From positions 803,934-844,406 of the forward strand of contig RDEW01000024.1 in NCBI GenBank assembly GCA_011109175.1: 40,473 nucleotides of DNA. The letters run 5' to 3'. Origin of the DNA: Dicyema japonicum. Lineage: Eukaryota; Animalia; Dicyemida. Made by a program: the position numbers and the translations under genes. The notes under the pieces were generated by a model. That model was not told the DNA's origin and ran no database searches. It saw nothing but the letters and a program-made list of their open reading frames with translations. Below are positions 35,611 to 40,473 of the stretch, piece by piece. How positions within the stretch are numbered: the first letter of the stretch is position 1; each line of letters begins with the position of its first letter.

Positions 35611-36742
35611 GCTGAATACATTTTCTATTGGATTAAAAATGGTGAGTAAGGAGGTATATATGGAACATGGAAGTTTGCTACTTCATTCAATTCATTAATG
35701 TCCGTATAATGATGAATACAGGCATTATCAAAATAAAGATCGGGTCTTCGATTCCCTCTTCTAACAAAAATTTTTATCGGACATCATATAAGTTTTGATG
35801 TTATTTTATCTAAAAATATATTTACCGTCAACCCAATGTTAATGACTAAAAAGTAACGATAATGATCAGGAAACCCTATAATAATTAAATTATTACTTAT
35901 ATAACCTACTAATAACTTTATGACAAAATATCTTGAATAAGTGACATAAAATTTGCAATTTAAAATTTTACGTCTCTGTTTCCGGCGAGTAATTGTTCAA
36001 AGTGGATGGATTTCGTTTTTAAGAATCATAAAGTCAAAAATCCTGTAAATTATCAACATGCGGATTAATAAGAATTTTAAATTAGTAAAAAAAACAAACG
36101 ACTAATTCAAGTGATTTAACTGGCAGCTCTAATGATTGAACACCCATTTTCCCTTACTATTCGCAAGGAAATACGTTCATTGAATTAGTTATTTTTCTCT
36201 TATCTCCTTTTCTTTTTCGCAATAAGAGATGGATCGCAAGAAAGTCAGGGAACATATCCGATCAGCCCCCCGATGTTTCGACCGGCGAAGGGTTTGAAAA
36301 CGAAAAGTCGTCTGAGACTTTCAAACTTCTTTCTTTTAAAGTTTTTGGCCTTTCTTAGGCGGATCCGGGGTGAGTTTCCGTCAGCGCTAGTTGGAAGTGG
36401 AGAAACCGTCTACTTAACTAGCATCCCGATCAAGATATTTCCCTCTTTCCAACTGAAAGTCTAATACTAAAGGCGTCTTTTTCCAGTAACTCCATTGATG
36501 CTTTCATGTCTTGAACTCCTTCCCACGTTTCTGATTTCTCTAAAAGTCAAAAGGGGAAATAACTAAACGGTCTTTTTCCTTCTAACTCTAATTTTTTGTT
36601 CGAATTAAAATTTTAAATTTAAAGAACAATTAATATTTAAATTAATTATTTTTTAAAATTTAAAATTCATCTTTTATAATTATTGTACAATTATGCTATC
36701 AGTTTAAAACGTTAATTAAAAACCATCCCCAGTAAATCATAT

Positions 36743-37241
36743 TTAAAACTGCCATCCATCCAAAGTGGACCCCGCCGACATTATCGACGTTGCGTTGCCT
36801 CTCACGACTGCAACAGAAATCAACTGGAGTAGCCACCGGGTCTCACGTGCGTCGTGGCTTTTTAGTGTAGCTAAGCGTCCAAGTTTCTTTAGGAAGCGAA
36901 GCGATTTCCGACATTATCGACGTTGCGTTGCCTCTCACGACTGCAACAGAAATCAACTGGAGTAGCCACCGGGTCTCACGTGCGTCGTGGCTTTTTAGTG
37001 TAGCTAAGCGTCCAAGTTTCTTTAGGAAGCGAAGCGATTTTCCACTTATTCCTCCAGTTGTCTCGACCACTATCGGATAATACGCGAATCGGTCTCGTAG
37101 CGCTTCGTATTTCTTCTCCTTTGCCATCATCGTTTTTTTCCGCGGAATACAATGTGTCTACCGCGCTCCCGACAATGTTGGACGGGCAAAGCGTGTTGAC
37201 ACAAGTAGCGTCCCAGACCAAAGGTTTCCCCTCTTCGAATG
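36743..37241 (-). mobile_element. CRE/SLACS-type non-LTR retrotransposon REL endonuclease domain (3' end, truncated by the gap), containing a ~133 bp tandem duplication
   Basis: GKPLVWDATCVNTLCPSN..KEKKYEALRDRFAYYPIVVETTGGISGKSLRFLKKLG..WLLQLISVAVVRGNATSIM. The duplication spans 36775-36907/36908-37040. Confidence 0.9.
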
Positions 37242-38113
37242 NNNNNNNNNNNNNNNNNNNNNNNNNNNNNNNNNNNNNNNNNNNNNNNNNNNNNNNNNNN
37301 NNNNNNNNNNNNNNNNNNNNNNNNNNNNNNNNNNNNNNNNNNNNNNNNNNNNNNNNNNNNNNNNNNNNNNNNNNNNNNNNNNNNNNNNNNNNNNNNNNNN
37401 NNNNNNNNNNNNNNNNNNNNNNNNNNNNNNNNNNNNNNNNNNNNNNNNNNNNNNNNNNNNNNNNNNNNNNNNNNNNNNNNNNNNNNNNNNNNNNNNNNNN
37501 NNNNNNNNNNNNNNNNNNNNNNNNNNNNNNNNNNNNNNNNNNNNNNNNNNNNNNNNNNNNNNNNNNNNNNNNNNNNNNNNNNNNNNNNNNNNNNNNNNNN
37601 NNNNNNNNNNNNNNNNNNNNNNNNNNNNNNNNNNNNNNNNNNNNNNNNNNNNNNNNNNNNNNNNNNNNNNNNNNNNNNNNNNNNNNNNNNNNNNNNNNNN
37701 NNNNNNNNNNNNNNNNNNNNNNNNNNNNNNNNNNNNNNNNNNNNNNNNNNNNNNNNNNNNNNNNNNNNNNNNNNNNNNNNNNNNNNNNNNNNNNNNNNNN
37801 NNNNNNNNNNNNNNNNNNNNNNNNNNNNNNNNNNNNNNNNNNNNNNNNNNNNNNNNNNNNNNNNNNNNNNNNNNNNNNNNNNNNNNNNNNNNNNNNNNNN
37901 NNNNNNNNNNNNNNNNNNNNNNNNNNNNNNNNNNNNNNNNNNNNNNNNNNNNNNNNNNNNNNNNNNNNNNNNNNNNNNNNNNNNNNNNNNNNNNNNNNNN
38001 NNNNNNNNNNNNNNNNNNNNNNNNNNNNNNNNNNNNNNNNNNNNNNNNNNNNNNNNNNNNNNNNNNNNNNNNNNNNNNNNNNNNNNNNNNNNNNNNNNNN
38101 NNNNNNNNNNNNN
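37242..38113. other. Assembly gap (N run)
   Basis: Run of N. Confidence 1.
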
Positions 38114-38640
38114 ATAGTAGATTTTAAGGTAGTCACAGTAATATGACTCGGTGTGGTCGCTTCGGATTTATTTTTAATATCGTTAGAATTCGTTGACGAA
38201 TTGTCGGTCACTACTACTGTGGGGTTCTGAGTAGTCATGCTAGTTGTTGGTGGATTATTAAATTTGGGTTCACTATTTTTTTCAGTAGGTATAGAATCTA
38301 TTTTTCAATGTACTAACCACCTGCCTAACAGATAAATCCATTAGATCCTGCATAGAGTTTACAATTACAAAAGGTCCATTCTTCAAAAAATTTTCCAATT
38401 ATACAAATACAATATCCAAAGGGATGACGTTTATTTGATCCAAAATTCTTGTATTCCAAAACATCCCCTTAAAAGTTTAAATTTTAAATGCCTACCATTG
38501 TGGATCCATTTAGTATTTTCGAAATAACCAGCTGTATAAAAAATATAATGAGACGGAAACTACCCTTCTTTTAAAAATTTACTGAAAAGGTTTGAATTTT
38601 CATTCGAATAAATTATTGCCTGAAATGATATTAAAGATTA
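38114..38640 (-). pseudogene. Multi-exon gene for a Cys-rich (EGF-like) plus Thr/Ser-rich mucin-like protein, with an in-frame TAG
   Basis: Introns at 38532-38563 (32 nt), 38468-38495 (28 nt) and 38298-38320 (23 nt) join GYFENTKWIHNG|DVLEYK..GYCICIIGKFFEEWTFCNCKLYAGSNGFIC*A|DSIPTEK..TTSMTTQNPTVVVT. TAG at 38325-38327. The gene runs into the N gap. Confidence 0.55.
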
Positions 38641-39098
38641 CAATTTCTCCTACTAAAAATGAACAAAATTTTTTGGCTTTGTAATAATTTAAATCTGAAA
38701 GTAAAAGACGATAGCATATTCCATTATTTTCCAACTTATCATAATAATCAGATCTGAAATTCTCAGGGCATTCACTGAAAACTAAAAAATAAAAAAATAA
38801 AATTACTAGAATTGATTACAGCATAAAGTATCAACATTTATGGGTCAAATAATGAGGATAGTATCTATTTTTTGAAACAATATTTGTTAAAAACTAATCA
38901 TCATTATTATTAAAAAAATTAACTAAAACCGTAAAAATTATTATAAAGTTTTTTTTTGTTGAAATTTAGTCTCTCAGGATTGATCGAACATCATGACTGG
39001 TTCTAAATAACAAAATTCTTCATCTTGTATTTCTCTTTTTTTTAGAATTGGTTAATGAATTTCCACTCTGGAACACTTAGTCGGGCTGATATTTTTTC

Positions 39099-39230
39099 TT
39101 GTTTTTCTCACTACCGATTCCTTCCAAATGGAGTCCCTCATTCAACTTGCACCTAAGCAATATTTCAACCAATTCCAAGACACTTATCCTATCATATGCG
39201 GATGATCTGATATCGGCTCTAAAGAGACAA
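39099..39230 (+). mobile_element. LINE RT fragment
   Basis: SPSFNLHLSNISTNSKTLILSYADDLISA. Confidence 0.65.
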
Positions 39231-39984
39231 AAGAAAGATGATAAAGACAAAAACGTTCACGAAGAAAGGAAAGCGTTCGAGCTGATCTTATTGCAAATCC
39301 GACTGATGGCAAGCAAAATGGATTTGAATATTAGTGGACTGAAATAGTTTAAAATTTTAAACCAGCTAAATGAGAACCTTCATAAAGTTTAAGATGTTCC
39401 CCTTATCGTGTAACTAAGTGTTCCTAGACCAATGAATGGTAGGTCCAATCCGACGTGGAAGAGATTCCTGGATTGCTCTCCAGAAGGAAACCCGGTTATC
39501 TCGTATCTAGAACGGTTTTAAGGTATTGTTTATGACTTCAAGTAAGGACTGTTATGCAGAGTGGCTGTCCTCTCAGTTTTCTGTTATTGTCCTATAAAAA
39601 CTGATTCCAGTGAGAAAGACAAAAAGTCTCGGTCAATTAATCTTTAGCAGATTCTGTATTGCGGACAGTGTCAGAAAAGAGGTGCAGCAAATAAACATTA
39701 ACTACGATTCTTTTGCGTCGGTGATAAAATTGGCGATACAAAGCGAATAGGTTTTGAGATAATCTTCAGTATCTTTATTCACATGAATGCCGCAGTCGCT
39801 TGACTATCAACGTGTTTTGTGAATATTAGTGTTTGGTCAGGATGCTTGGTGTGGAGTTAAAGGGATAAAGACCAGTTAATTGACTAGTACATCATCTTTC
39901 TTGGTTTTCTTAGAATTCACTCATAATTATTATAGGCAACTATCATAAAATCATAATTGTTATATTTCCACACATGCAGCACTT

Positions 39985-40170
39985 AAAGCGATTTTTAGGT
40001 GAGCACTTTCGGTACACTGACTTATGTTTGTTCCGTGTCGGCTATTGTTCCCCGCACAGTATTCATAATTGCCTTCGATGGAAAGAGTTAAGATTTTTGG
40101 TTTCTGAGACCGAGGTCCTCCAGCATTAAGAGTAATATAGCAAAACCGGTTTCACTAAAGCATTAGAGGT
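39985..40170 (-). mobile_element. RTE thumb-domain fragment
   Basis: NALVKPVLLYYS*CWRTSVSETKNLNSFHRRQL matches the intact element's KAFVIPVLTYNSGTWGISKQEMDRLDAFHRTQL. Confidence 0.8.
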
Positions 40171-40473
40171 GCAAACGATAGGTACATTTTTTTTGTTTCC
40201 AAATGAGAATAGGTACATTTTACTCCGTCGTATATTTACTCGTCATCATTTTCTACTTGATTTTCAGTATATCTGTAATTATGTTATCTAAACTCTCCAA
40301 TTCATTATTCACCAATGATAGAGTTTGAAAACGACATTCATCAATTTTCTTCTAACAATTAGTAATTGATTCAGAGTGTATTTGTTTCCATGTCTTTCCA
40401 ACAATAATGATTATTTGTCTGAGATTTACTTGCTTTAAATTCAACATTGTAAACTTAGCATCCTCAAAAGATA

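Noticed and set aside
35570-35720. HDV-like or hammerhead ribozyme in the RTE 5' region (known for some RTEs); also CTGATGA near 15185
   Set aside because: I could not build the required nested pseudoknot or the CUGANGA/GAAA three-stem core by eye. A descriptor-based search would be needed.
36976-38238. 420-aa ORF apparently fusing a Thr-rich N-terminus with a REL endonuclease
   Set aside because: An artefact of reading through the N gap. The two ends belong to a host gene exon and a CRE fragment.
10770-38640. Reassigned stop codons (TAA/TAG=Gln, TGA=Trp) to explain in-frame stops
   Set aside because: The clean SMYD exons and the 980-aa RTE ORF contain no internal stops and use CAA/CAG/TGG. 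The affected genes also carry frameshifts and deletions, so decay is the simpler explanation.
1-40473. CRISPR arrays, rRNA or prokaryotic operons
   Set aside because: There are no repeat-spacer arrays or rRNA-like segments. The repeats are two-copy duplications, and the sequence is clearly eukaryotic (spliceosomal introns, LINEs).

Overview
AT-rich eukaryotic (metazoan) genomic DNA from a draft short-read assembly, with two N gaps (5143-5750, 37242-38113) and several single-N joins flanked by duplicated sequence. The only clearly intact long ORF is a single-ORF RTE-clade non-LTR retrotransposon (APE + RT, 980 aa, minus strand, 32627-35569). The rest is dominated by decayed mobile elements: RTE fragments, a second LINE RT group, four CRE/SLACS-type restriction-like endonuclease 3' ends, a Ginger/Gypsy-type integrase C-terminus, hAT and pogo MITE ends, and a tRNA-derived SINE. 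Between them lie damaged host-gene copies that the ORF track misses because they are split by 21-32 nt spliceosomal introns or by nonsense and frameshift lesions. These are a SET+MYND (SMYD) methyltransferase, PheRS alpha (FARSA), a very divergent POU homeobox gene and a Cys-rich/Thr-rich extracellular protein. A POU gene plus tiny introns plus the standard code points to a dicyemid-like mesozoan (inference). The most notable observations are the intron-retaining pseudogene cluster and an exactly conserved 24-nt Sm-site-like/hairpin 5' terminus shared by the intact RTE and a bipartite non-autonomous derivative. All family assignments are by-eye motif recognition; no searches were run.
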